This document shows, in pieces, positions 11,401-24,740 of a DNA stretch of 64,000 bases; the stretch's first letter is position 1; the number at the start of each line of letters is the position of its first letter. This stretch comes from Vicugna vicugna (Eukaryota). The translations under genes were made by a program, and so were the position numbers. The stretch covers positions 1,559,880 to 1,623,879 of the forward strand of contig MU058669.1 in assembly GCA_013265495.1 (NCBI GenBank), written 5' to 3'. Below the pieces are notes generated by a model that was given only the letters and a program-made list of their open reading frames with translations, was not told the DNA's origin and searched no databases.

Positions 11401-14350
11401 TTCTCTATTTCATTTATTTCTACTTGGATTTGTGTAGTCTCCTTTCTTTTATTAACTTTGGGCTTCATTTATTCTTATTTTTCTAGTCATTGAGGTATAA
11501 AGTTAGATAGTTTAACTAAGATTTTTCTTCTTCAGGAAGTTACACCCTTAGATATGGTGGCCTTTAAATATAGAAATGTAAGTAGTCCTGTATGACCATA
11601 AACATGAACCCTGCAGGCCATCAGAGCCCGACAGTCTAGAAGTGCCCTGTGGGCATCAGTTGCAAAAATCAGGGTGCCAGATGAGTCTACAAGCTTCTTC
11701 CCAGGAATACTGGTGACCTGGAGTGAGGTAGTGAGGGTGACCCCAGGGAAAGTGAAAATACGGAAACCACCATTCTCCAACCCTGGGGTGTATTTCAGTA
11801 GCCCCCAAATGTGTGCCAGACCAGATGCCTGCCCCTCAGGCTAAAGCTCCTGCACAGTCAAACAGGCCTGTTCCACACAATGGAGGTGTGCTTGAGTCTG
11901 CTCTCTGTGCAGGGCCCTGGGGATGGTAACTGCTGAAGAACTGTCTTTCCAATTGTTACAGTCCCCTGAGACCCAGGAATGTAAGCCCTCTGGCCACCAG
12001 AACCAGCCAACTGTGGGGTGCAACCACAAAAACTGGAACTCCACAGGTGTAAAAGCTCCCCTCTGGGAGATACTGGCTCTTGGGAACACAGCAGAGGGAA
12101 AGTGCAAAGAGCATCCATCCACACTTGAGTTTTCTGGAATGGATTATAGTGGGCCCTCAGATGTGCGTTTAATAGTCTGCCCCTCAGTGCTCAGCTATGA
12201 AGGTTAAGTTAATAGGTCTCTTTTGCAGAAAGACTGTACTGGAACTGTTGCCTCTTGCTTTGTGCTGGGGTTGGTAGCTGTTTAAGAACTCTTTCTCCAT
12301 CAGTTATAGTCTTGTGGGACTGGCAAACTTAAACCCCGCTGGCCACTGGAGCATAGCAATGTAGAGGTGTCCTCTGGGTGGCAGGCAGTTACAAAAATCA
12401 GGGTGATAGAGGAGGGTGTAAGCTGCTTTCTAGGAGACACTGGCGAGCTGGAGTGAAGTAGAGAGACAGCAGAAAGATGGCACCCACTGGCCTTCATCCC
12501 CAGAGGAACCCAGCCAGTCCCCAGATGTGTGTTAAATTAGATGCCTGCCTCTTAGGCCAACACTTGAACATAAGCAAATAAGCCTCTTTCACGTGAAGTC
12601 TGGACACATCTTAATTGGCTGCCTCTGCTCTGGTCCTTGATGCAACTGAGTCGGCATACGGTCCCATTGAGAGCCATTTTGCAGTTTGCTATAGCCCTTT
12701 AGGTCTTACAGACACAAGCCCCATTAGCTTTCAAAACTAGGTGTTTGGGGGGGGGCGGGGCTCGGCTCTTAAGTAAAAAGGTGCTAAAAGTTAGGGAGCC
12801 CAACGTGTGGTTCAAACTCTTCGTTCCTCAGGGAGAAGCTCCAGGTTTTGAGTTCCTTCCCATTTATGGTTTATGCTACTGGGGGCAGTTTTTATGTCAA
12901 GAAAAAACTCTCACTGAAGTAGGGTGGGAGAGGCTGAGATACAATCTTATTTATCCAACATGTCGGAATCCCCAGCTAGTTTTCGGGGGTTTTTCTCAAA
13001 GGAAATTTTTTCCACACGTAGCTCTGCTGTGTCTGTAGGAAGAGGGGAGTTCAGGGTCTTCCTGCATTGTCATCTTGAACCAGAACCCCCGACGTTTTCT
13101 TTCTCATGGTTTTCATCTGTGCTGAAGTTCTTAATGTGTTCATATTTGTTGTCCAGCTTTTCCACTAGAGCCTTTAACCTATTAATCATAGTGATATTTC
13201 CTGATAGTTCAAATATTTGGTTCTCATTTCAACCTGGTTTTATTGTGTATTTTGTCTCTTGACGGGGGACTCTTTCTTCCTCCTTTTTCCCATGTCTTAG
13301 AAATGACTTGCAGACCCACATAAACAGAAGCAATAGTGTTATTTATGCCCTCAAATATGTGTCTTTTTTTGGCTAGACTTTTCATGTTCAGTCACTCTTG
13401 TTAGGAGCTGAACGGGGTTTGGGTTGTGTTGTTCTGTGGTTACTCTCAATACATCTACTTCATATTCTTCTAGCTGTGTCCTTTAGCTTTGTCCCATATT
13501 TCAGGTGGGGTTGGGCTGTCATAATTTTTGGTTCTCCCTGTGAATTTACACCTCAAAGATGAAAAAGCTCTCGAGGTTCTTTTCCCTCTTCCCAAACTAC
13601 ACTGGCCATGACTTGTTGGTTGGCTATTTTGTGGCCTGGTGGCAGGATCAGAGGTAGGACTCTGTTCTCAGCCATGAACTCAGCCCCTGGCTGTTGAGGG
13701 TGTGATTTCTCATTGAACTTGCCCCTAAACCTGCAGGAGCCTGGACTATGGTTAATACTTCTGCCCTGGCTTATGCAGAAAATTTTTATTCTCTTCCTTC
13801 AGTCACAATGGGTCTTTGGGTATTTTGCCATCATTCTCCCAGTGGTGTGAGGCTTTTTTTCCCCCAGGGATGAGAGAGTCCAGTCAGGGTTTTCTCGGAG
13901 AAGAGATGGCCTTGCCCTCCTTGAGGTCTGCAGCCCACGGGAGGCTTTCCTCATCCCCATCCCCACTCCCAGCCTCCGATCTTTCTCTGAGCAGCCTGTG
14001 GAAAGCCATGAAGAGCACCATGTGAGTGTCTGCATGCTAGGGACTTCTGAATTCTAGTGACAGTCCCCTTAGCCTTAGCAATTAGCTAGAACTGTTGGCC
14101 AGAATATTCTCACCCAGTTGTCTGGCGGCTCAGACTTCTTCCCGTGCTCTGCCCTGGAAAGCGGGTGCCGACATTTCAAGCAGGTGCCTGTCTTTCCTTA
14201 TATTTCAGATTAGCTGGTTGCCCTGCGACCTCAGTTCTCTGATGGGTTCATGAAAATGTATGCTTTCAGAAATGATGTCACTTTTTCTTAGTGTTCAGAT
14301 GAAAACAACACTTTCTAGCTTTTGACATCTTGAGTGGAAGCCAGAAATCC
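8420..14350 (-). mobile_element. Ancient L1M 5'/ORF1 region split by a younger L1 (segments ~8420-8895 and ~13095-14350)
   Basis: 'gcctttaagattttctcc...' ORF1-like antisense sequence resumes after 13095 ('tccagcttttccactagagcctttaac'). Confidence 0.6.
8897..13090 (-). mobile_element. LINE-1 (L1MA9-like 3' end) retaining its 5' terminus, with a large internal deletion
   Basis: PolyT at ~8897; ORF2 RT peptides (DDIILYIENL, LINEFSKVAGYKIN, ISINTEKAFNQIQH); jump to 5'UTR at ~11530. Minus-strand 5' end reads 'gggggttctggttcaagatgacaatgcaggaagaccctgaactc'. Confidence 0.9.
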
Positions 14351-15144
14351 ACTTCACCTTCTCCAGCATCATCAGTTCAGCGGTTTTCTTCAGTAACATA
14401 ATCTGAAACATTATCAACCCATTAATTACAATTAATCATATCTGATTAAATTTCTCTGTAGCAACTGGATTCTGTTTTCACAGATAAATAATGCTTCTAG
14501 TAGTTTTATTTTGCGTGTGTCTGATTTTGAGGCCTCTAAAAACAGTTGATCTCATTTTCATCTTCACTGAATGCTGGATTTTAAAAAAACTCACTAAAAT
14601 GATGTGTGTTGCATAGTGTCCAGGATTGTGACAAATAACAGAGTTCTACATCTCCTCCAGATCTCCTTTCCTCTGGTCATAATGTCCCGCCAACATTTTA
14701 AGACATTCTAGCTTAACTCTCATTTCAAAAATTCTCACTGATCTCTACTTTCTTCAAGACCTTAAAAACCTGAGGACTCTGAGATTTAATTAGTGGGACC
14801 AAAGCTGCTTCATGTGAACTAGACAGTCATAGGGAGCAGTTAAATCAGTCGGCCCTTCCGTGATAAACAGCTATCTCAAGAAATACCAATTGTACAAGAT
14901 ATTTTCTGCCTGGCACACTTGGGAAGATACTGGGAAGGGAAACTTCTAAAGGTGTGTATTGCTCACTGTATATACATCCTTGGCATTCTATAGTAGTAAC
15001 TGCCAACTACCCCAAACATAAAATTTATTTAGACCCAGGGGAAAAACATTTTGACCAAAGTCCTTAAGCTCTTAATCCACCTGTGTTGTAAGAAACCATT
15101 TCCAAGTTTTCAACAATTGTAAAGTAGTAATTTTTTAAGAATTA

Positions 15145-15400
15145 GTATGTATTGATTAGTTATTGGGCACCAGGCATTCTGCTAAGAACATTGATTCTGT
15201 TTAAAATTTCATATCATCACATTAAGACAGATAATGTTTTGTTATAGTCATGTAATATTACATGTAATATGTAATGTAACATTCCATTTTACAGATGAAC
15301 AAATTAACTGAGGCTCAGAGAAGATAAAAAACATCCCTAGCTTCCCAAGCCAAGTCTATCCATTTCCACTTGCCGCTCTTACTATACATCATGCTGTGCC
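15145..15400 (-). mobile_element. MIR SINE
   Basis: 'ccattttacagatgaac...aactgaggctcagagaag'. Confidence 0.7.
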
Positions 15401-15810
15401 TAGAGCAGCAGTTCTGTATGTTAATGCCTGGAACAGCATGGTATTAAAAGGAAAAGCACTGTACTAAGAGTCCTCCTACTTGAGCTCCGAAGATGATTAT
15501 GAAACTAGACCTGGATTCCTGATCAAACCTCTCTTAGCCTCAGTGACTTAGTTCTGTTGTGGGAGTTTGGATTAGGTGATCTTTTAGACTCCTCTAATTC
15601 AGGAACTGGCCTAGAATTCAGGGAGCAAACTGCATAAACTAATTCATACTAAGCTATGAGTGACTATTTCTTGATCCTTCAGGGGCATCTGCATTTTCAA
15701 AAAGGAAATGGGGCAACCAGAATTTTTGCCATCACTCATTTACTAGTGCCTGCCCTGTGTCACTTAATCTTTACCAGCCTTTTCTTTGCATTTGTTCATT
15801 TCTGTTTAAC

Positions 15811-16350
15811 TGCTACCATTCTCAGGTTCAGGTGCTCATCGCTCAGAAATCAACACTCGAGAGAGGCAATGTTGCTAGAAAGGAAAGTTGCTTTTAACCA
15901 GAATGCCAGCACTCTGGGGAGATGGTGGACGCAGTGTCCCCAAAACACCATCTCTGAGGATTCTGCTCAGCTATGAAAGTTTTAAGGGGGAAAGGGGAAG
16001 TAATCTCAGCTAATCATTGAGACGGGGGGTCAGAGTCATCGCCACCCCCACCGCGTGCAGGCTTGTCAGCGTCTCATGACCTTTCCTTCAGATGCTGTCC
16101 TGCTCAGTTTGTTCATGAGATGACTGAAGGGGAAGCTAGGGGGAAGGAGCTGGTCGTCTGTTACTCACTTAGTCTGCATTTCTACTTCTTCTTTGATCTA
16201 TGGAAAAGAAACAGGGTAGTCAAGGTACTGTGCGATCAAAAGATGTGAAAGGTGTGCTAGGATCAGAGGTGAGTAGAGCACAGGGGTAGCTGGTTTAGGT
16301 TTAGTGACAAGACAAAAGGGGTTTCCTGCACAGAGCTGCTTCCATAGTGT
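15811..16350 (-). mobile_element. Solo ERV1-like LTR
   Basis: Starts 'tgctacc'; 'ctcgagagaggcaatgttgctagaaaggaaagttgctttt...gccagca' resembles the antisense U5/R of artiodactyl ERV LTRs. More CpG than the flanks. Confidence 0.7.
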
Positions 16351-16975
16351 TTAACTTAATATTCTTCCAGGAATAGGCTAAAATCCAGGAGAGACGTAAC
16401 ATCATTTCACCAAAGTTAAAAACAAACCTAGTTGAAGGAGTAGGGAAGAAGATCTTACTCTGAATCCATAGTAAGAGGTAAATTTGAGTAAACTTATTTA
16501 TCACCACCACTCAGGGTTACCCATTTCCTAGTACCCGTTTTCGTCCCAATGTCAAGATGACACTAAAAATGGTCCATTTTGTTCTTCCCCCCAGTACACC
16601 ATCAGTATAATAGAACTTACTGCAGTGTTTTCAGCATCACCATGAGCGGATTGGAAACCTTTGATGGGGTGGTTGATGGGTCGTGAATACCTCTGTTCTA
16701 AGACGAAACGGTGCTTTCATGCTGGTGCGTGCCTAATTCACTGAACTTCCACAAACAGTTTTCTAGGATAAATTACCCACTCCAATTGCCTGTGGACCAA
16801 GTCTCAGTTTTAGCAGAATCATGTCAAAAATAAGTCAACGAGAAATAACATAGAATGTTTACACTCGCAAGCTTGAGCGTGCGACATCCCTGGATTTGAA
16901 ACTGCACTGTCCTTTACTAGTTGTGCGTCCTTTAGATGTTTGTTTAATGCACTTAAGGTTCATTTCCCTCTTTTG

Positions 16976-17374
16976 TGTTTAAAAAACCCCAAAACTCAAT
17001 AAATTTAAAAGGTCACATTGGCTTTATTCAACAATTCATGAATTGGGCAGCCCTAAGCTAGCAGATAATAGAGAGGAGCTGCACAAAATGGAAGACTTTT
17101 ATAGGCAGAAGGGAGCAGGAGCAAGCTACTACTCCAGTTCTACTAAGCAAGAAAGCAGACTGGATGTCCTGAGGCCACTTCCCCTTAGGTGTTGGCAGGG
17201 GTCTGTCGGGCAGATTCTCACTAATGCTGATCAGATGATTCCTCACCGACTGGTTTAAGAGTCTGTTATTTCTGAAGGAATCAAAACTGTAATTAAGTCC
17301 CAGTTTGGTGATGTGGGGCTTGGCAGAAATGACTCCATTTGGGTTTGGGGCCTGTTGTCTTGCTCTTACCAACA
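16976..17374 (-). mobile_element. Solo ERV1 LTR inserted into a MIR
   Basis: TG...CA ends, antisense polyA signal in 'ggctttattcaac', 'gactccattt' near the end. MIR halves at ~16870-16975 and ~17375-17450. Confidence 0.75.
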
Positions 17375-18269
17375 GATAATAAATGACAATGCCATCTCAT
17401 AGACTGAGTGTGAGGGTCAAGTGCGATGCTGCATTTAAGGCAGTCTCTGTTGAACGACAATCATTATTGGGTATTCTAAAGTTGCTTTTGATGCCTTCAA
17501 GAGATGTTCAAACTTTTATCCTCCCTCTACAATAATGTAAAACTTATGTCTCAGAGCTTGCTGGGCCAACTCATATATGTGCTTCCACTTAAGGAACAAG
17601 TGATGTTTCTTTGATGTCACAAATTTCATGGTGATTCCTAGACTAGATTTTACTTCATCTCTTCCCAGATCATTGCTCACCCATTCTTTGTCTCCCTCTA
17701 GTTATGGAAAAGTTTGTCTCCAAAAATACGATTTTTTATGGTCATGTAGCAGTTAAAATTTATGGGTCCCGGAAACAGAGTGAGGTTCAAACACCCCACC
17801 CACTCTCCTGACCATATGACCACCTGGAAGTTAGTTACTGTACCTTTCCCTGCCTCAATGTCCTCATCTTTGCTAGGCAAGACCTCTAGCCAAGATACTC
17901 ACAATATCTGAAGCGAGACGGACAGTGAACTTATTTTAATATGAGATCTGATGGAGGGTGGCCTGGCTGCTTTGAGAGCTAGGGTGTGGCAAGCGGAAGA
18001 ACGTCCATCATTCTGAGAGCAAAGGCGGTAGGTCCCGGCTGTGGAGGGTGTTAGAAGGCTGTCTCCACCACTCAGTGCCTGTGTAACTTTGGACAGGTGC
18101 TCAAACTTTGTTCAGTCTCATATGGGACTCGTAAGACTAAGTCAAAGCAAATATAGCAGAGCCTGCCACTTAGCTGTAAACAACAGCTGCTTATTAATTC
18201 CACTATATTAAATCCGAAGACATTTTATTTAAAAAGTTAACATTATTTTTCCAAAGTACATGCAAAACC

Positions 18270-19865
18270 TCTGCTGTAGACCTCTTATCAAAGCCTAAAC
18301 ATTCTATAGCCTGCTGCCTGCCAGACACTGCCATTTGTACGTCCTGCATTATATAGTTTAGGTACTCCCGGTTAACCTCATCTTACATTTAGGACCTGTG
18401 TTCCTCAGTCACTGGTCACTCCATCCCTCCAGCTACCCAAGCCAGAAACATGGGAACCTTCCTCATTCTCCACATCTAAACAGTCACTGGCTCGGCCACT
18501 TTTTACCTTCTGATTATCGCACTCACCTTTCTGCATCTGAAAGAGGGAGTCCTGTGGGCACAGGAGTCACAGCTGTTTTTTGGATACGCAGCAGCTGTTC
18601 CCCTTGGAGCTGGAGGTAACACTGGACCAGCCATTAGAACTTGCAGTGTAATGGATGAGACAGATACTCCACAAACGGTCGGAGGCATTTCTCATCTGTA
18701 AGTGTTACGGAGCAAATGTACCGACTGCAGTGAGAGAATGTAGAAGGGGCATGACTTAAACGCGGGCCACCTGAGGCCCCGACAGGGCCCACGGGATTTA
18801 GTGGCAGAGTCTGAAACAAGCTGAGTGTCTTCTGAGCTCTCGTGTTGGAGACCTTTACCTCAGACAACTTTGTCTTCTCCAAAACAGAGCACACTCTTGG
18901 CCACAGAGGAGCCTGGGGGCAGGGGGTCTTCTGAAAGCCCGCACTCCCACCGTCACAGCACCACCTCTACCCAGTTGCTACCCTCACTTGGAGAAGGACT
19001 TAATAGATGTCACGGCAGCATTTTAGTGTCTGTGGGATCATTAAACCCTTGCTTTGACCTCTTAAATACCTCCGGGATCCATCTGTCTCTCTCTATTCTC
19101 TTTACCACTGATCTAATCCTGGGTAGCATCGTTTCTCACCTAATCATTGCCATGGTTGCCTCCTCATCGCCCATCATCTTCTCTACAGACCCCAATCCCT
19201 TCGTGCTGTGTTTTTAATCTTTAGATAAATATTTGACTATGCTCCAAAAGTCTAAAATCCTTAACAACACTGACATGCCTCTGCATCTGAAGTCCTGACT
19301 TTATATTTCTTTCTCTCCCCTTATTCTCCAGCCATAGAGGATCATTTGTCCTCTTCCAGGTACTTCAGTCCTTTACATGTGCTCTTACTTCTACCTGGGA
19401 AGCAACCTCCTCAGCCCCCTTATGTTAAGCCTCGTCTTGCACATGCAGCATTTCTTCACCGACTTTCTTTGACATCCTCCCACCATCACCACACACACCC
19501 CTGTGATTCTCCAGTTCGATGTGCAAAAGAATTACCGAAGGAGTTTGTTATTAAAAATGCAAAATACTGAGATCAGCCCCCAGATACTCTGGACATGGGC
19601 CTTGGGAAGCTACATTTTCTAACAAATATCTCCAGAGGGGTTTCTGACCACGTGGCCCCCAGTGGTGTTAGTTTCTCTTCCTAAATGATGCTCTCGTATC
19701 TCTGTTACCTTCTCCATAAAATCCCTGCACTGCTTGCTTGAAGGCTGTCGTCCCTGCTAATATGTGTGCTGTGTTGCTAGGGCAGGGACCTCGTCTGTGC
19801 TGTTCAGCCAATAACCCATAGGAGAGTGGATGCTTAGTAACTGTTTGTTAAACTGACAATTCATT
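18270..19865 (+). mobile_element. Scattered L2 fragments with a MER5-like insert (~19510-19670)
   Basis: L2-like 'caagccagaaacatgggaa', 'agggcagggacctcgtctg'; MER5-like 'gtttgttattaaaaatgcaaaatactgag...cccccagatactctg'. Confidence 0.55.
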
Positions 19866-20039
19866 ACTTTTGTAGAGTACAGTCATTTATGAAAAACATC
19901 ACATGGGAGAGTAGACAGCGTATCCCACTGCATAAGGCACCAAGCTTGAAATCCCCCCAAATTACATTTGCAACATACAGTTCTCCTTACAGTTCTAATG
20001 CAGGTGGTCCCCAGACCACCTCTTGAAAACGTATTTTGA

Positions 20040-20190
20040 CTTGGATGAGTTAGGTATCCTTTCAGAGCCTCAGATTTCTCAACTGCAAAATGGAGCTGAA
20101 AACCCCAGCCTGACCTATTCATAGGGTTGTTTTAGGGGATTGTGAATTTTGTGAAAGCTATAAAGTGCTGTAAACATACTAAGATTTTGT
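20040..20190 (+). mobile_element. MIR SINE
   Basis: 'agagcctcagatttctcaactgcaaaatgg...tcatagggttgtt...gtgaaagctataaagtgctgtaaac'. Confidence 0.7.
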
Positions 20191-21361
20191 TGATAATTAT
20201 TTCTAGGAAATAGATGAAATGTAATAGTGCTTTCTAAATATAATCACGTAACCCAAAAGAAAAACTAGCAAGTGGAATTTAAAGATTTACTGAATTAATG
20301 AAGGACAGGACATACCTGTCTTGATTTATGTTCTGTCCCCAGGGCCTGACATGGAATAATAAATACTCAAAAGAAGCACTGGCTTTTTGATCGCTAGGCG
20401 ATGACTTACTAAACCCCCAGCTCCTCCTGAAGCTTGCTCACTTTGACTCCCTTCGCCGGCTCTGGGTGTGCAAAGCGTCAGGGCCCTCCGTCCTGAGCAC
20501 CAGCCTTCTGCTTAGCGCTGTCCCAGGCCTGTGGGTCCCTTGTGTTCTGGATTTGTCTTCTGGGTAGGTATCAGAGGTAGGACCCCATTTTGGGGACAGA
20601 AAGGAATTTTTGTTGAAAAGTGTCACCTTGCAAGTGCTTTGCCCCTTCAAAGAAAGGGGCAGTGGGACCCCTAGCCGTGTGGCAGAGGGGAGCTCCTGGA
20701 GCCTCTGAGTTCATCAGTCTCCCTCCCCCGACGCCATCCTTTTACGAGTACCTGTTTTCTGGCAAGCACTTAGTCCACAGCATAGACAGAATTTCCCAGC
20801 CCTCACTTGTGTTCAGTAAAAGGCAGCACGCCAGGTAGAAAACACAGAGAAAGGGCAGGTGGGCGGCTCCAGGCTGCCAGGGCAGTGCTGGGGGACCTGC
20901 GGACTGCAGCAAGGGCGGCTGAATCGCCATGGCAACAGGCAAGCTGGTCACTTAGGCAGCATCGCCCACTCCACAGCCACAGCCCTTCGGGGACAAAGGG
21001 AAACACATGTCCCTCCTATGTGAGGGCTGCCTTCTCTACAACGTGTCTAAATTTCTGGTCTGTTTTAGACTTTTGTTACTCTCTTTCAAGTTTCCTTGAA
21101 ACCTCAAGGAATCAATTAAGCTATGCATTAAGCTCCTCCTTTTAAAATGCTATAGAAATTGTATATTCAGTACATAGTTGTCAAGTAAATAAATAGAGAG
21201 ATACATTCTGTCCTCAAGTCCTTGCTCTGTAGAAGGAAAACCAAGACATGAGCAGAAATTACTCTTGAGTCAAAAAGAGAGTATGCCCTGGAAAATGTTC
21301 TGTGGCTGCTTTGCATTCACAGATTTAATATTCATGATTTTGACTATTCAAAAGTTATTGC

Positions 21362-21636
21362 TAAAGGAATATATACATATATAAATATATATATATACAC
21401 ACATATATATATGAATCACTACGCTGTACACCAGAAATGAACCCAACAGTGTAAACTGACTAAAGTTACCAGAAAAAAGAAGTACGGGAGAAAATGTACA
21501 TCATCTGCATTACTAACAAACAGTGTGTTGTAGCTAGTACTGAAGACGAAAGAGGTTTCAATTTAATGACTATAACTTTTGTACATGGGTTACAACTAGT
21601 TCAGCAACAAATCATGTATCAGATTTAATAAAAAAA
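21362..21636 (+). mobile_element. Very short L1 3' end plus non-L1 tail (probable 3' transduction)
   Basis: 'tgaatcactacgctgtacaccagaaa...tgtaaactgacta', ~150 bp of unique DNA, AATAAA running into polyA. TSD aaaagttattgc / aaaagttactgc. Confidence 0.75.
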
Positions 21637-22084
21637 AAAAGTTACTGCAGTGGCCCATGCATGACAGAACTTGAAATGACCGAGTTCCCTGTGGGGTGGG
21701 GTGTGTGGGAATACATCACGTCAGTGATAAGTGAAGCGAGCTCCGCGGCCAACGGCTCCACCTCAGCGTGGCTTTGGTGCTTTTTCTTCACTCGCATCTA
21801 CATAGCACCCGTTAGAAAGCATCTGAAGTGCTGAAGAAACATTTCTCTCCTAGATTTCTGACTTTCATGTGGGAAGTGAAATGGTGGCTTTCTTGGAGGT
21901 TTTATGGTCTCTGTCAAATTGCAAGGATTTAATGATAAATGATGCTAGAGATTTAATTAAGGGAGAAGTGCATCCGGTAGAGAAGATGGCTGTTTTAAGG
22001 AATAAGTGGCACTGAAAAGGGCTTTGAATGGGAAGAGTTTTCCTATTGTGAGGAAGGTTACAAAAGTGGGCGTAGATTAAATCA

Positions 22085-24125
22085 GCAATGAAATACCACT
22101 AATATATCTATCAGAATGGCTTTAAAAAATGGCAGTACCTAAATGCTGTCCAAAATATGGAACCATAGTTTGTCAGTGTCTTCCAAAGCTAACTGTAGTC
22201 AAAATCCTAAGTATTAGATGTTTAAAGCAGCTTTATTAATAATCAGCAATAAATGGAAATAACCAAGATGGTGTTCAATAGGTGAATGGATAAGAAAAAC
22301 TATGGTGCATTCTTATTTAGCGATAAAAAGAGATGAGCTATTAAGCCACAAAAAGATAAGAACAAACTTTAAATGCATATGGCTGAGTACAGAAACCATA
22401 TGAAAAGGCTACATACTATATGATTCAAATTATGACTTTCTGGAAAAGGCAAAACTATAAAGATAGTGAAAGATCAGTGGTGGCCAGGATTTCAGAGAGG
22501 AACAGAGCTGAATAGATGAAATATGAAATACAGGGTTTTTTTTTTTTTTTAGCATTGTGGAAATACTCCGCATGATACTATAATTGGAGACACATGACAT
22601 TATGCATTTGTCAGAAGGCATAGAGCTTTACAGCATAAAAGATAGTGCATTGTAACGTATATAAATTTTAAAAAAATCATTTCAGAGAAGGCGAGATCCC
22701 AGGAAGGTGTAGATCTTAACAAGAGACTCTGACTGTATTGCAGATACACGGAACAACCTTACTGAAAAGTGTGGTGCAAAAAGACAGACAAGTAACTTAA
22801 GGAAATGAATAGAGGTGGTAAGCCTAAAGACAAAAGGGACCACACATAATGACTGTACTCTAGTTGCTAAAGTTGTATCTCATGGGGATAGAGGTTAACA
22901 TCTGAAAACAAATGATTAAGTAAATGGATGGCAGATGGTGGGAACCAGGTGTTTCCTGTAGGCATGGGAGTTTATAGACAAGAAGAGAAGAAAGCTAGAA
23001 TGATCCATCTGGTGATGGATTAGAGTTGGAGACATCAGTTTGAACTAATATTAAACTTCATAAAAATACACACGGTTACATATAGAAATAGTATAGATGT
23101 GTATTCACAGATTAATGTACACACATATATTTCCTTGCTCTGTCACCTGAGAAGATCTAGCAGCAATGACAACCCAGTGATAGCACATCTAGCACCCAGA
23201 TCTCAGTTTCAAATAGTGCATTCCAATGAAATGAACCAGGATTCACTGGAGAAATCTTTGATTCTAGAACCAGGGCAGAAAACACACAAGATGATTTGGG
23301 AGCACTCTGCAGTGCCAAAAAGTAAAGTTCTCAAAGACCAAAAGATGACTTCGATGGGGATGGGTGGGATGGATATGTCAAAGGGACACACAAGCCAACT
23401 GAAAGAGTTTCCAATGGATAAGGCAGAATTAATTTGGCCAAAAACAAAGTATTAAATTCTAACCCAAAGTATAAAGTAAATATCAATGTACATATACTGA
23501 TATACATAAATAAAGGAATAAGCTGGGGAGAAGGGACAGATGCCCTGTGCAGAAGAATTCCAAATAATTGATGCAGATACTCATCTTTAAGGAGGGGAAG
23601 CACAACTCCTCACTTCTCAAGTGTAGGCTGTGCTTAGTAACTTCCTTCTAAAGACCACTATGTAAAGAGTGAAAAGGTAGAACTTTACAAGAGGGAAACA
23701 AGACAAACACCTCATGTTGATAGGATGTCTCTGATATTATGTGATGCAAGTGACACTTTATCCCTGGTCATCCTAACACGCACAGAAAATCTTAACTCCA
23801 GTCTAACTAAGAGAAAAATACAAGATGAATTACATTAGACGGACATTCTGTAAAACCTGACCAATACTTCTCAGAATGGTCAAGGACATCACAAGTAAGA
23901 AACGTATGAGAAACTGTCACAGCCAAGAGGAGTCTAAGGAAATATGATGCCTAAATGTATATCCTGGATGAGTTCCTCAAAAGGAAACGGACATTATTCA
24001 GATTTCTGTAGTTTTTACCTAAAGTATGGACTTAAATAATGTGTCGATATTGGTTTATTAGTTGAAACAAATGTACCAACTAATGTAAAATGTTAATGAT
24101 AGGGAAATTGTGAGTGCTAAGTTTT
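22085..24125 (+). mobile_element. Ancient L1MC-type 3' region
   Basis: 'tggaaataaccaagatggtgttcaataggtgaatggata', 'ctggaaaaggcaaaactata', 'gagaaactgtcacagccaagaggagtctaagga'. Contains a Tigger-free long 3'UTR typical of L1MC. Confidence 0.8.
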
Positions 24126-24149
24126 ATGGATTTACTACGGAACTAAGCA

Positions 24150-24740
24150 AATTGCCTATTCTCATCAAGCTTGCATAGTTTGGGGAGACAGACAAATCAA
24201 CCAGTTGAGTGGTTTTAAATACTAAGAAGGGAAATAAAGCAGGGGGAGAAGACACAGAAGAGCATGTTTGACACAGGTCAGTCAGGGATGTCCTCACCGG
24301 TAAGTTCGCATTTAACGAGAAACCTAAATAAAATGAAGATCACCTTGTGCATGTGTAGGGAAAAAATATTCCACACAAAGGGAAGGCAGGGGCAAACGTC
24401 TTAAAGGGATGGAATCATTACTGTGTTTGAGGAGCAGCGACGGGGCAGGGGAGTCAGATCAGAGTGAAGTGAGAAGACCAGAGGCAGGATATGATGTCAG
24501 ACGAAAAATGGGGCCAAGTGGTAGAGGACTTACAGGCCACGGTGGACTCTGGCTTACCGTGAGGTAAGGATGAAGCCATCGGGGAATTCTGAGGAAAGAA
24601 CTGATAGGATGTAAATGATGTTTTAACAAAAAGAGACAAAGTGATGTCAGCTAGGACTAATGACATTGCAATAACCCAGGCAAAAGGTAATGGTAATTTC
24701 AGCAAGAGTGCTAAGGCGGAGGTAATAAAACAGATTCTAG
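24150..24740 (-). mobile_element. L2 LINE fragment
   Basis: 'gtgtttgaggagcagc', 'gaagccatcggggaattctgagg', 'gcaataacccaggcaaaagg'. Confidence 0.7.

Noticed and set aside
15249..15283. 16-bp perfect palindrome catgtaatattacatg with short tgtaa repeats
   Set aside because: Low-complexity micro-duplication inside a MIR; no evidence of function.
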